Shown here in pieces: positions 18,501-27,982 of a stretch of 64,000 bases of DNA (position 1 is its first letter; every line of letters starts with the position of its first letter). A program made the translations under genes and the position numbers. The notes under the pieces were generated by a model. That model did no database searches, had not been told where the DNA came from, and saw nothing but the letters and a program-made list of their open reading frames with translations. The stretch spans positions 3,407-67,406 of the forward strand of contig CP011212.1 of assembly GCA_001029715.1 (NCBI GenBank). The letters are read 5' to 3'. Origin of the DNA: a candidate division TM6 bacterium GW2011_GWF2_28_16 (lineage in GTDB: Bacteria > Patescibacteriota > Microgenomatia > UBA1400 > PJMF01).

Positions 18501-20534
18501 ATGACGAAAGAAAATAAATTAAGTACTTTTTTCACTTGGTTTCTAATTGGATCGGTCTTTTTATTACCTATCTTTTTTTGCCCTTTCATTATTAATCCTT
18601 TAATTAACAGCAAACTACTTTTAGTCTTTCTAATTGCTTTCGTTAGTGTTTTTGTTTTTATTGCTCAAAGTATACAAAAAAAGAGCTGGGAAATAATCAA
18701 AACTCCCTTTATTCTTCCTCTATTTGCTTTTGCCTTGCTCGTAATTATCTCTAGTTTGGTTAGTCATCAATATCCGAGTAAGCAGTTATTGGGCATGGGA
18801 GGGGCTTACCTTGCCTTCGCCAGTATCATCATGCTTGCTCCCTCAATATTAAAAGATAAATTCAGCAAATACTTTATTGTAGCCAGTAACATAGCAGCTT
18901 TAGTTCTAAGTGTTCTTTCTATTGCACAAGCACTTGGCTTTGGACTGAGTTCCTTAATCAATCGCACAGGAATTTTAGAGTTACCAGACAGCCTAGCTTT
19001 TTCACTAAGCGGATCGACTTTTGTAGCTATTCAATTTTTATCGGCAGTCTTACTCAGTAATGTTTTTGATCAAAAATCTTGGCAAAAATCCTTGTTTAAT
19101 AAAATTACCACCGTCTTCATTGCCATTGCCCTTGGAGTTAATGTTCTAGCTATTTTGCCAAAGGGTGAAGCTTCATTCCAAAGTCTTTCTCTCGCTAATA
19201 GCGTTAGTGTTGCTAGAGGCAGTCTTACTTTTACTAGAAATGCTCTCTTTGGTTATGGTCCAGATTCTTATGGTAATGCGTACAATATACTTAAGCCTCT
19301 TTCAGTTAATGGTCTTGATTACTGGCAATTTACTTTTGACTCAGCCTTTAATCTTCCGCTCACTATTCTTGTAAGCGTAGGATCAATCGCCTTTTTGGCT
19401 TATGCAATATTCTTAGTCAAAACTGTAATTGCAGTCAAGAAAAAAACTGAAGAAGAGGTTTTTCTAAAAACCTTTATTTTGACTGCTTTAGTCTGGCAGT
19501 TCCTAGTTCCAGTTAATTTAGTCATGCTATTCTTACTTGCTCTGGCGCTAGCTTTCTTCATCAATGCGTATAGAGATAAGTATAAGAAAATCAGTTTCAG
19601 CGTTCATAGCTTGACTGATCTTTTACATCGCGGAAAATGGACCAAAACCAAGAATCTCGCTTTCATTGGTGGAAATGTTGCTATATCTTTATTCGCTATT
19701 ATTGCTCTTTATGTTATTGCTAAAAACTTTTTTGCCTATCATCTGTTATATAAAAGCAGTGTAAGCATTAGTAAAAATCAAGTTGCTGATGCATACGACT
19801 ATCATAAAAAAGCAAAACTCTTAGCTCCTCAAGTTGCCTTTATTAGAAGAAGCTATTCTCTGCTCAATCTACAGATCGCTATAGCTTTATCAAATAAAGC
19901 CGATATTAGCCCAGCTGAACAAGAGCAGGTATTGCAATTAGTTAACCAAGCTATTGGAGAAGCAAAAGCTGCCACAGTCCTTGATCCAAGCAATTACCAG
20001 AACTGGTCAGTTCTTTCACAAATATATATGCAACTTCTTGACACAACGAGTCAAGCTCAACAGGAAGCTTTTAATTCTCTCGCCAAAGCTGCTACTTATA
20101 ATCCAGGTAATCCAGAGATTAGAATAATTTTAGGACAGCTATTCTTTAATGTTAAAAAATATTCAGAGGCAACGACCTTCTTTAATCAAGCTATCGAGAG
20201 AAAACCAGATATGTTCCTTGCCCATTATTATCTAGCTCAGACCCTAATTGCTAATAAACAACTAGCGGAAGCTAAGGCCTCTCTCGTTAATAGTCTAAAT
20301 CTTTTAGATAAAGGGACTGATGAATACAAAACAGTTGAAGATGAACTCAACGCCCTAATCGAACAAATAGAAAATAATGCAAAAGCAGCTGAGCCTATAG
20401 ATCAAGTTCCTGGATCAGTGATTCCAGATCTATCAGAAGCTAGTTCTAAGCTCTCAACTTTAGATAAAGAGGATGCTGAGGCTGCTATTCAAGAAAGCGC
20501 TCTTACACCCGACCAGAGTTTAGTTGAAAACTAA
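18501..20534 (+). CDS. Polytopic membrane protein with C-terminal TPR repeats; O-antigen-ligase/Wzy_C-like architecture (candidate pilin glycosylation/TfpO-like)
   Basis: About 10-12 predicted TM helices are followed by TPR-like repeats (AYNPGNPEIRIILGQLFFNVKKYSEATTFFNQAIERKPDMFLAHYYLAQTL). It is divergent from the pilin operon. Start is at Met60 of the tool ORF. The function is inferred from architecture and neighbourhood only. Confidence 0.4.
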   Translation: MTKENKLSTFFTWFLIGSVFLLPIFFCPFIINPLINSKLLLVFLIAFVSVFVFIAQSIQKKSWEIIKTPFILPLFAFALLVIISSLVSHQYPSKQLLGMGGAYLAFASIIMLAPSILKDKFSKYFIVASNIAALVLSVLSIAQALGFGLSSLINRTGILELPDSLAFSLSGSTFVAIQFLSAVLLSNVFDQKSWQKSLFNKITTVFIAIALGVNVLAILPKGEASFQSLSLANSVSVARGSLTFTRNALFGYGPDSYGNAYNILKPLSVNGLDYWQFTFDSAFNLPLTILVSVGSIAFLAYAIFLVKTVIAVKKKTEEEVFLKTFILTALVWQFLVPVNLVMLFLLALALAFFINAYRDKYKKISFSVHSLTDLLHRGKWTKTKNLAFIGGNVAISLFAIIALYVIAKNFFAYHLLYKSSVSISKNQVADAYDYHKKAKLLAPQVAFIRRSYSLLNLQIAIALSNKADISPAEQEQVLQLVNQAIGEAKAATVLDPSNYQNWSVLSQIYMQLLDTTSQAQQEAFNSLAKAATYNPGNPEIRIILGQLFFNVKKYSEATTFFNQAIERKPDMFLAHYYLAQTLIANKQLAEAKASLVNSLNLLDKGTDEYKTVEDELNALIEQIENNAKAAEPIDQVPGSVIPDLSEASSKLSTLDKEDAEAAIQESALTPDQSLVEN

Positions 20535-20549
20535 AAACAATTAGCTATA

Positions 20550-21713
20550 TTAAACTGTCTTAGCGATAGCTTTTGTAACTTCAGACAATCCCTCATTGGT
20601 AAACATACTAAATAAGATCACATCGGTGTCTTTCTTAGTAAAATATGATCTAAAGGTATCTATCTGCTTAGGAGTGTATATATCTATCTTATTTATTGTC
20701 ACAATAGATCGTTTTTTGAGCATTTTTGGATCATAATCATTTAGTTCTTTTCTGAGTTGCTCATATTGCTCCCAAAGCATTTGTGCTTTTTTAGCATCAC
20801 TGATCTTCTCATCAAAAATAGTTTCTTCATCCAAATACAAAATGAACATTAAACTTTTACAGTTTTCGATATGACGCAAAAAGTCTAAACCCAAACCCTT
20901 GCCTTTGCTTGCCCCTTCAATTAAGCCTGGAATATCTGCTACTACTAGCTCTTCTTTGCTCTGACCAGAGCCAAGATACATAATTCCTAAGTTTGGCTCG
21001 ATGGTCGTAAATGGGTAATTGGCAATTTTCGGATTAGCTTTAGTTACTTTGGATAAAAAAGTGCTTTTGCCGGCATTTGGAAAACCAACTAAACCTAGAT
21101 CGGCTAGCAATTTAAGCTCTAATTGAACCAATTTTTGATCTCCAAAACCACCATAGCCCGCCTCCATGGGAGTTGTTTTAACTGAAGATTTAAAATGTAC
21201 GCTACCTCTCCCGCCTCTGCCACCATGACAGATGAGAAGTTCTTGATCAGCTTCTTTGAAAGTAATGATTTCTTCTTTTTCTTCTAAATATTGAAGTTGA
21301 TTGTCTGGATCGCGCAAAGGAATCCCCTGGTTCTCTTCTTCCAGATAATACTTACCACCATATAGAGCGTCGTCCTCGATTAGAGAGTTATTTCTTCTTT
21401 TGGCGGCAACTTTATTTTCAGCTAATAAATAAACAACGGTACCGATTGGCACTTCAATGACTTTAGCTTCGCCTTTTTCACCAAATTTCTTGCGACGGTC
21501 ACCATTCTGACCCCTAGTTGCCTCTATTCTCTTAAGACCCGCATAATCTCTTAGAGTAGTCATACCAGCCTTACTACGGATGATCACTGAGCCACCATCG
21601 CCACCATCGCCACCGTCTGGACCACCTTTGGTCACAAATTTCTCTCGACGGAATGATACTTTACCATCACCGCCATCACCTGCTGCTAAAGTTAGTTTGA
21701 CTAAATCGATCAT
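20550..21713 (-). CDS. obg: GTPase Obg/CgtA
   Basis: Gly-rich Obg fold (GDGGDGKVSF, GGPDGGDGGDGGSV), G1 motif GFPNAGKST. There is a roughly 50-aa acidic insertion between the Obg fold and the G domain. Confidence 0.85.
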   Translation of the reverse strand: MIDLVKLTLAAGDGGDGKVSFRREKFVTKGGPDGGDGGDGGSVIIRSKAGMTTLRDYAGLKRIEATRGQNGDRRKKFGEKGEAKVIEVPIGTVVYLLAENKVAAKRRNNSLIEDDALYGGKYYLEEENQGIPLRDPDNQLQYLEEKEEIITFKEADQELLICHGGRGGRGSVHFKSSVKTTPMEAGYGGFGDQKLVQLELKLLADLGLVGFPNAGKSTFLSKVTKANPKIANYPFTTIEPNLGIMYLGSGQSKEELVVADIPGLIEGASKGKGLGLDFLRHIENCKSLMFILYLDEETIFDEKISDAKKAQMLWEQYEQLRKELNDYDPKMLKKRSIVTINKIDIYTPKQIDTFRSYFTKKDTDVILFSMFTNEGLSEVTKAIAKTV

Positions 21714-21772
21714 AGTTTCACCTTTATACTCTAATCTCAGTCACGTTCGACTAAAATTATTGCTTCTAATAC

Positions 21773-22939
21773 TTATTTCAAAAAGCTCAGAGGATTGAGT
21801 AAAGCTCCTCCTTGGCGAAGCTCAAAGTGCAAATGTGTACCAGTGCTACGACCAGTGCTTCCCATTTGGCCAAGAACATCGCCTCTTTTAACTCTTTGTC
21901 CTGCTACTACTTGTACTGTTGATAAATGTGCATATAAGGTCACATAGCCATTGCCATGGTCGACCACAACTCTATTGCCATAGCCAGAACTGTCCACCCA
22001 ACCAGCGGTAGTAACTACTCCTGCATCGGCAGCCAAAATTGGTCCAGCAGCACGATTAGCGATATCAATAGCTTTGTGAAAGAAACTATAACCCTGAGTG
22101 ATCCCACCTGAGGCTGGCCAGATAAAAGAACCTAAGGCAGAAACTGTACCCGCATCTGGAGTTAAACTACCATACTTAGTAGCTCCAGTATAACTACTCG
22201 GTAGTTTGACCTCTGCTTTTTCACCCTCTGGAACCATCAAATATTGTCCTACCACTAATTCAAAAGTCTCATCATTGAGAAATTCATTAAAAGGATAGTC
22301 AACAATCATCTGCACTTGAGAACCATCTAAGCCATATTTTTTACCGATTGAATAAATAGTTTCACCACGACCAACTTTGTGACGCACTCCATCAACTGGC
22401 AAAATACTTAATTCTTGACCCGGCTTAATTTTAGATTTATCAGTGAGATTATTTTCCCAAAGAATGGTGCTTGGTCTTAAACCATAGCGCTCTGCAATGC
22501 TAGAGATGGTTTCCCCATCCGAAACAATGTGACTGATAATTTCTCCACCGCGATACTGACGAACTTCTTCTGCCTGTGAAGTGTAAAAATCTGGAGCTGC
22601 GGCAGTAGCAGTTGAAAGAATAGGACTAGCCAAAACTTTTTGTTGTCCCTCACTATCTGATTTTGATAAAAAACTTGGTCCCAAAGTAACCATTAAAAAA
22701 GTCAGCCCAATGGTTCCAAAATGCAAAAAAGGCTTAGTATATTTACCTCTTTGCATATAAAGAACATCAACTAACTTATCTTTGAACTTTTCAAACCAAG
22801 AGAAAATCTTATAAATGCGATATTTAGCGTAGGTTCTAACAAAAATACCAAAAGCTCTCAGGTCTGCGAATAGCAAAGCCAAGCGGTTTGAAATTTTACC
22901 ACTTTTCCTGCCAGAATCATTTCTTATAAATAGAGCCAA
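21773..22939 (-). CDS. LysM-domain M23 (LytM-type) peptidoglycan endopeptidase, membrane-anchored
   Basis: Two LysM-like segments (GETISSIAERYGL, GETIYSIGKKYGL); M23 HxH motif (STGTHLHFELRQGG); N-terminal hydrophobic anchor. Confidence 0.8.
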   Translation of the reverse strand: MALFIRNDSGRKSGKISNRLALLFADLRAFGIFVRTYAKYRIYKIFSWFEKFKDKLVDVLYMQRGKYTKPFLHFGTIGLTFLMVTLGPSFLSKSDSEGQQKVLASPILSTATAAAPDFYTSQAEEVRQYRGGEIISHIVSDGETISSIAERYGLRPSTILWENNLTDKSKIKPGQELSILPVDGVRHKVGRGETIYSIGKKYGLDGSQVQMIVDYPFNEFLNDETFELVVGQYLMVPEGEKAEVKLPSSYTGATKYGSLTPDAGTVSALGSFIWPASGGITQGYSFFHKAIDIANRAAGPILAADAGVVTTAGWVDSSGYGNRVVVDHGNGYVTLYAHLSTVQVVAGQRVKRGDVLGQMGSTGRSTGTHLHFELRQGGALLNPLSFLK

Positions 22940-22940
22940 T

Positions 22941-24332
22941 TTAGCCTTTCAATGAAGCTAGGAATTCTTTATTACTGTCGCTTCTCTTGAGTTTTTCAAT
23001 CAAAGTAATAGTGCGTTCATCTTTGCCTAACATATCAAGCATACGATGAAGAGTAATTACAGATTGATAAGTTACAGGATCAATTAATAAGTCATCGCGA
23101 CGAGTTCCGGACTTCTGAGCATCGATAGCTGGATGGATGCGTCTCTCAGCTAAACTTCTATCCAAATGGATTTCTTGATTACCTGTACCCTTAAACTCTT
23201 CATAGACTAAATCATCCATTCTTGAACCAGTATCAACTAAGGCGGTTCCAACAATTGTCAAAGAACCCTGCACTTCAAAATTTCTGGCTGCGCCAAAAAA
23301 TTTCTTTGGTGGGAAAAGCGCTGCTGGATCAAAACCTCCAGATAAAGTGCGTCCAGAAGTTGGCATGGCTAAGTTGTATGCTCTAGCTAAACGAGTAATG
23401 GAATCAAGTAAAATCACCACATCTCTTCCAGTTTCTACTAATCTCTTGGCTCTTTCTAAAGCCAATTCAGCCACTCGACATTGATCGGTTGCTGCTTCAT
23501 CAAAATTACTGGCAGCAGTTTCACCTTTGCCCTTAGTTAAAAACTCTATATGACGGCGAATGTCTGTGACTTCTTCTGGTCTCTCACCTACCAAAACGGC
23601 CATTAGATGAATGTCTGGATTATTAGCAGCTACGCCAGTAGCGATATCTTTAAGCAAAGTAGTTTTACCTGCTTTTGGAGGAGAAACAATTAAACTACGC
23701 TGACCTTTGCCGATTGGAGCAATCATGTCAATAATGCGCAATGAAATTGGTTCTTTGCCTGTTTCTAATTTGATTAAGCTATCTGGATAAACTGGAGTAA
23801 GAGATTGAAATTTGACGCGATTTTTTCTTAAATAGTCATCAACTGAAAAACCATTGACCTTATCTACCTTGAGTAAACCCCAAAAACGTTCGTTGTCTTT
23901 TGGTCTTCTAGCTGGACCAGTAATTACATCTCCTGGACGGAGCTGCAAACGGCGAATTTGTGAAGTAGAGATATAAGCATCACGCTCAGATTCAGAGAAA
24001 CCAACACGTAAGATACCGTGCCCATCTCTAGACATATCCAAAATGCCTTCAATGGTTTCAGAAGGATCACTTAATTCTACAAAATTACTTCTGCTCACTT
24101 TGTGTCTGGTAATTCTTGGATTGTAATTGTTTTGCTGATTATCTCTTGAATCTCTCTGCTCCATTTTTTCTAATTGAGGCTGCTCTTCCGGCCGTGCTTG
24201 TTCTACTGTTTCCACTGGTGGAGCTGACTCTACTGGAACTTGTTCCACTGAAGATTCTTCTTTAACGTCTGCAGATTGCAACTCTTCAGCAAACAAATCA
24301 TTGGCGCTAGCGCTAGTTTTCTTAACTGGCAT
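22941..24332 (-). CDS. rho: Transcription termination factor Rho
   Basis: Walker A SPPKAGKTTLL; Rho Q/R-loop region (FEVQGSLTIVGTALVDTGSRMDDLVYEEFKGTGN); N-terminal low-complexity extension. Confidence 0.9.
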   Translation of the reverse strand: MPVKKTSASANDLFAEELQSADVKEESSVEQVPVESAPPVETVEQARPEEQPQLEKMEQRDSRDNQQNNYNPRITRHKVSRSNFVELSDPSETIEGILDMSRDGHGILRVGFSESERDAYISTSQIRRLQLRPGDVITGPARRPKDNERFWGLLKVDKVNGFSVDDYLRKNRVKFQSLTPVYPDSLIKLETGKEPISLRIIDMIAPIGKGQRSLIVSPPKAGKTTLLKDIATGVAANNPDIHLMAVLVGERPEEVTDIRRHIEFLTKGKGETAASNFDEAATDQCRVAELALERAKRLVETGRDVVILLDSITRLARAYNLAMPTSGRTLSGGFDPAALFPPKKFFGAARNFEVQGSLTIVGTALVDTGSRMDDLVYEEFKGTGNQEIHLDRSLAERRIHPAIDAQKSGTRRDDLLIDPVTYQSVITLHRMLDMLGKDERTITLIEKLKRSDSNKEFLASLKG

Positions 24333-24477
24333 AAAAATATTTAACCTTTCTTAATTTAAAAAAATACTGTTTTATCGTGGATCATATGAGATGGGTTTTT
24401 GGAAAGACATTTCGGGAAGTCAAAATACTCTACTATTATGTCAAAAAAGCATTAAAAAGCAAGCTTAAATCAAAAAC

Positions 24478-25203
24478 CTAAGGCAAACCGAAGGTTTCAC
24501 TATTGATACCTTTAGAATTTAATATATCTTTAAGAGCCTGGCCGTCGGTGGCAACATAGACTAAATCCCCCACATAAGCATAAAAATTGCCATAATTATC
24601 TCTGTAGCCATCAATTGTCGAATCAGTAAAAATTCTGGTAATATTGTAGTCATCATCTTTTACTGCAACAAAAACTCTGCCCTCTGCACCTGCCAAAGAC
24701 TCTCTGACCTGTCTAATGAAATTTTGACTAGTAATCTCCATATTTTGCCCAGCTTGAAAGCTATAAACACCTTCGACAATTTTTTCTAAAGGAAGTTTTT
24801 CTGCTGAGACTTCGGCGGCAACATCAGTTTGAGCATCTTCCATGGGAGTATTTAAATCTACTGTCATTTCTTCCATGGAATTAGCGTTATTGTTAAGTAT
24901 CAGCGCTCTATTTCTCTCTAAGTTATAGGCAAAATCTCTAATTTCATCTGAAGTATGACCCTCAGCAGCAAACCAGATCATTCCAGGATCACTGGACATC
25001 TCCGCTGACAATCCGGCAGCAGCAAGATCAGCTTTGGCATTCTTTTCAGCAGTCTTAATCATGCCGAAAGCAAAACCAGTCCCTAAAATAGCTAAGGTTA
25101 TAACTTGCTTGATTGCCACAGAACGCGGAGTTGAATCTTTTTTCTTTTCTAGAGACTTATTATTTCGATCAAAAACTTTATTTGGGTATTCTGTTCGATT
25201 CAT
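24478..25203 (-). CDS. Hypothetical membrane-anchored protein
   Basis: Single N-terminal TM (VITLAILGTGFAFGMI); no recognisable catalytic motifs. Confidence 0.5.
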   Translation of the reverse strand: MNRTEYPNKVFDRNNKSLEKKKDSTPRSVAIKQVITLAILGTGFAFGMIKTAEKNAKADLAAAGLSAEMSSDPGMIWFAAEGHTSDEIRDFAYNLERNRALILNNNANSMEEMTVDLNTPMEDAQTDVAAEVSAEKLPLEKIVEGVYSFQAGQNMEITSQNFIRQVRESLAGAEGRVFVAVKDDDYNITRIFTDSTIDGYRDNYGNFYAYVGDLVYVATDGQALKDILNSKGINSETFGLP

Positions 25204-25240
25204 ATATAGGAAAGATTATAAAGCAAAAAGGCGATAAAGA

Positions 25241-25305
25241 AAACAAAAAACCCTATGCGAAAGCTCGGTTGCCTGCCCAACTACCGAGCCTTCACAAAGG
25301 GTTTT
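25241..25305 (-). terminator. Long GC-rich hairpin followed by a U-tract on the minus strand (orphan terminator or attenuator-like) in the 5' region of the 24478-25203 gene
   Basis: Outer arms aaaaccct (25247-25254) and agggtttt (25298-25305). Inner arms gctcggt (25263-25269) and accgagc (25283-25289). On the minus strand the hairpin is followed by TTTTTTGTTTTC. Confidence 0.4.
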
Positions 25306-25825
25306 GAGATACTTTGATCCAAAAAAAACCACTTAAGTATAATTTACTAAATTGAGGGTGAATGATAACCTATAGACAATTAGTTATCTGAATAAGATAA
25401 CCATAAAACAAGCTACATTGTTATTCGTGATTCATCAGCGGTAATAATGTTCGCTATAATCCATCTTGTTTAGCTTCTTGTACTGCCTTTAAGAACAAGT
25501 TCTAAACGGGATGGATTTTTTTATTTGTCTAACAATCCTCACACTCTTTCCTTAGAAAAAGCTGAGAAAAACCACTCTCCCTCAATAAATTACTGCTTTA
25601 AAGAACTAAAGATTATTATATATAAGTTCATAATTTTTTCAATGATCAATCCTATCCTATAACTTTTTCTATGTCTTTTTCTAGCTATCCTATATTTTTA
25701 TATTTATAACTTTTATTGATGGATATTAGATTGTTTTCAACAAAAATATTGCTAAGAGCTTTTTTGTGTACAAAAAGGGATAACTTTAAAAAAACGAAAA
25801 AGATGTCATCTTCTCGACAATTTGC

Positions 25826-25831
25826 TATACT
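25826..25831 (+). promoter_or_regulatory. -10-like hexamer TATACT 6 nt upstream of the GTG start (leaderless-type arrangement)
   Basis: tatact agaagg GTG; same geometry recurs at 30240, 39172, 48310, 60655. Confidence 0.3.
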
Positions 25832-25837
25832 AGAAGG

Positions 25838-27982
25838 GTGTTAAAAAACCACATTCTACTTGAGATCAAAACTAGTAAAGACAGCGAAGAAACAGAAGAA
25901 ACAGCAGTTCAGCTTTTCTCTACTCTGCCAAAATTGAAAAACAATATTTTTGATAAACTTCTTGGCAAAGAAGAAGCTTTAAGTTTCGAAATATTGGTAC
26001 GCGAACAAAGCATTCACTTTTTGGCCCATATTCCTCTGCGTTTGCTCGAGTATTTTAAAGGTGCAATTCACGCTAGTTATCCAGAGGCTGTTATTTCTGA
26101 ATTGCAGTTTGATCCGGTAGATTTTTTCTTTGAACCAGATTCAGTGACTAGAGTTGCCAGTCTTAAATTAAAGAATAGCAGCTATTTACCTCTTAAAACT
26201 TATCAGGAATTCAAAGATATCGACCCACTTTCCACCCTAATGTCGACCCTATCTAAGAATGATGGCAAAGATACCATCCTTATTCAAATGATTTTAGACA
26301 ATGATAGTGAGTTTTTCCCCAAAAAAGGACATATCTCTGCTGAAAAATTGGAAGCTCATTCGCAAAAAAGCCTTATTCAAGAAAAAATGGATAAGAGATC
26401 GCTTAAAACTGCTTTCAAAATTGCCGTGACCACAGATGATCGTAAAAAAAGCAAACTGATTCTAGAAAATATTGCCGCTTCCTACCAAGCTATTACCCAA
26501 AGCGATAGTAATTCTCTTCGTTTAAGACATCGTTATTTTTTCAAAAAGAGTTTCCTAAAGAAAATGGCCAAGCGCAGTTTCAAAGCTTCTCCTCTTCTTA
26601 GCCTAAGTCTTGACGAAACTGCCACTCTTTTTCATTTGCCAAATAAAAAATTAGCTAATATTCACAACATTTCTTGGGGTAAAAAAATCTTAGGTGAAGC
26701 TCCAGAAAGATTACCCGTGGTTGACCGAGATACTCCAGACGAGATTAAAAATGATATTAATGTAATTGCCGAAACCGTTTTCAAGAACAGAAGCACTAAA
26801 TATGGCTTATTGCGTAGCGATCGCCGCCGTCATGTCTATGTCATTGGAAAAACTGGCACTGGTAAGTCCACTCTTTTAGCCAACATGGCTATTAATGATC
26901 TCAAGCATAATGAGGGCATGTGTGTCATCGATCCCCATGGCGATTTAGTGGAAACTTTACTCGATTACATTCCAAAACATCGTATTAACGATGTTGTCTA
27001 TTTTGATCCTTCTGATCAAGACAGAACTGTGCAGATTAACCTTTTTGAGGGTGAGAACGTGGTTCACCGCGAGTTAATTGCTTCGGGAATTATTTCGGTT
27101 TTTCAGAAGCTTTATAGCTATTCTTGGGGTCCAAGACTTGAATATATCTTGCGCAACTGTCTTTTAACTCTACTTAAAAGCAAAGAATCAAAGCTTTCCG
27201 ATGTTCTTGAACTACTAACTAACAAAAACTTCCGCGATAAAATCGTTGAAAATCTCGACGACCCAATCTTAAAAAGCTTTTGGGTTAATGAATATAACAA
27301 AATGCAAGATCGCCAACGCCAAGAATCAATTGCCTCCATTCTCAACAAGGTTGGCCAATTTGTCTCTTCACCAATCGTTCGCAATGTAGTTAACACCAAC
27401 CAATCTTCCTTTAGTATTGAAGAATTGATGGCTCAGGGCAAGATTTTGCTAGTCAACTTATCTCAAGGTCGCTTGGGTGAAGATAATGCCACTCTACTCG
27501 GCGCAATGATGATTACCAAAATTCAATTGGCTGCCATGGCTAGAGTCAATGTTGAAGAAAAAGATCGCAGAGATTTCTATTTATATGTCGATGAGTTCCA
27601 AAATTTTGCTACTGATGCTTTTATCAAAATTCTCTCTGAGGCTCGCAAATATCACCTCAACTTAACCTTGGCTAACCAATATATCGATCAGATTCCTGAA
27701 GAAGTTAGACAGGCTATTTTTGGCAACTGTGGAAACATCATTAGTTTCGTAATGGGTGCTGGCGATGCGACCTATTTCCAGGCAGAATACGGCGGTCTTT
27801 ACACTCAGGATGACCTACTTAATCTAGATAAATATCAAATTATTAATAAAATTTCCATCGATAACGTGCTTAGTCGCCCATTCCCAGCCTACACCCTTAA
27901 TTTAGCGAAGAGCAGCAATCAAAATCGTGAAAAAGTAATCCGCAATAGCCGTGAACGGTATGCGAAAAAGAGAAATTTATAA
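25838..27982 (+). CDS. P-loop ATPase of the TraG/VirD4/TraD (type IV coupling protein)-HerA/FtsK superfamily, no predicted TM segment
   Basis: Walker A VIGKTGTGKSTLLANM; DPHGD motif; Walker B-like LYVDEFQNF; the C-terminal region is TraD/VirD4-like. GTG start. Confidence 0.5.
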   Translation: MLKNHILLEIKTSKDSEETEETAVQLFSTLPKLKNNIFDKLLGKEEALSFEILVREQSIHFLAHIPLRLLEYFKGAIHASYPEAVISELQFDPVDFFFEPDSVTRVASLKLKNSSYLPLKTYQEFKDIDPLSTLMSTLSKNDGKDTILIQMILDNDSEFFPKKGHISAEKLEAHSQKSLIQEKMDKRSLKTAFKIAVTTDDRKKSKLILENIAASYQAITQSDSNSLRLRHRYFFKKSFLKKMAKRSFKASPLLSLSLDETATLFHLPNKKLANIHNISWGKKILGEAPERLPVVDRDTPDEIKNDINVIAETVFKNRSTKYGLLRSDRRRHVYVIGKTGTGKSTLLANMAINDLKHNEGMCVIDPHGDLVETLLDYIPKHRINDVVYFDPSDQDRTVQINLFEGENVVHRELIASGIISVFQKLYSYSWGPRLEYILRNCLLTLLKSKESKLSDVLELLTNKNFRDKIVENLDDPILKSFWVNEYNKMQDRQRQESIASILNKVGQFVSSPIVRNVVNTNQSSFSIEELMAQGKILLVNLSQGRLGEDNATLLGAMMITKIQLAAMARVNVEEKDRRDFYLYVDEFQNFATDAFIKILSEARKYHLNLTLANQYIDQIPEEVRQAIFGNCGNIISFVMGAGDATYFQAEYGGLYTQDDLLNLDKYQIINKISIDNVLSRPFPAYTLNLAKSSNQNREKVIRNSRERYAKKRNL

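Noticed and set aside
25034-25307. Two overlapping small plus-strand ORFs (67 and 64 aa) at the edge of the AT-rich spacer
   Set aside because: They overlap the start of the minus-strand gene and the terminator-like hairpin. Their low-complexity sequence gives no support.
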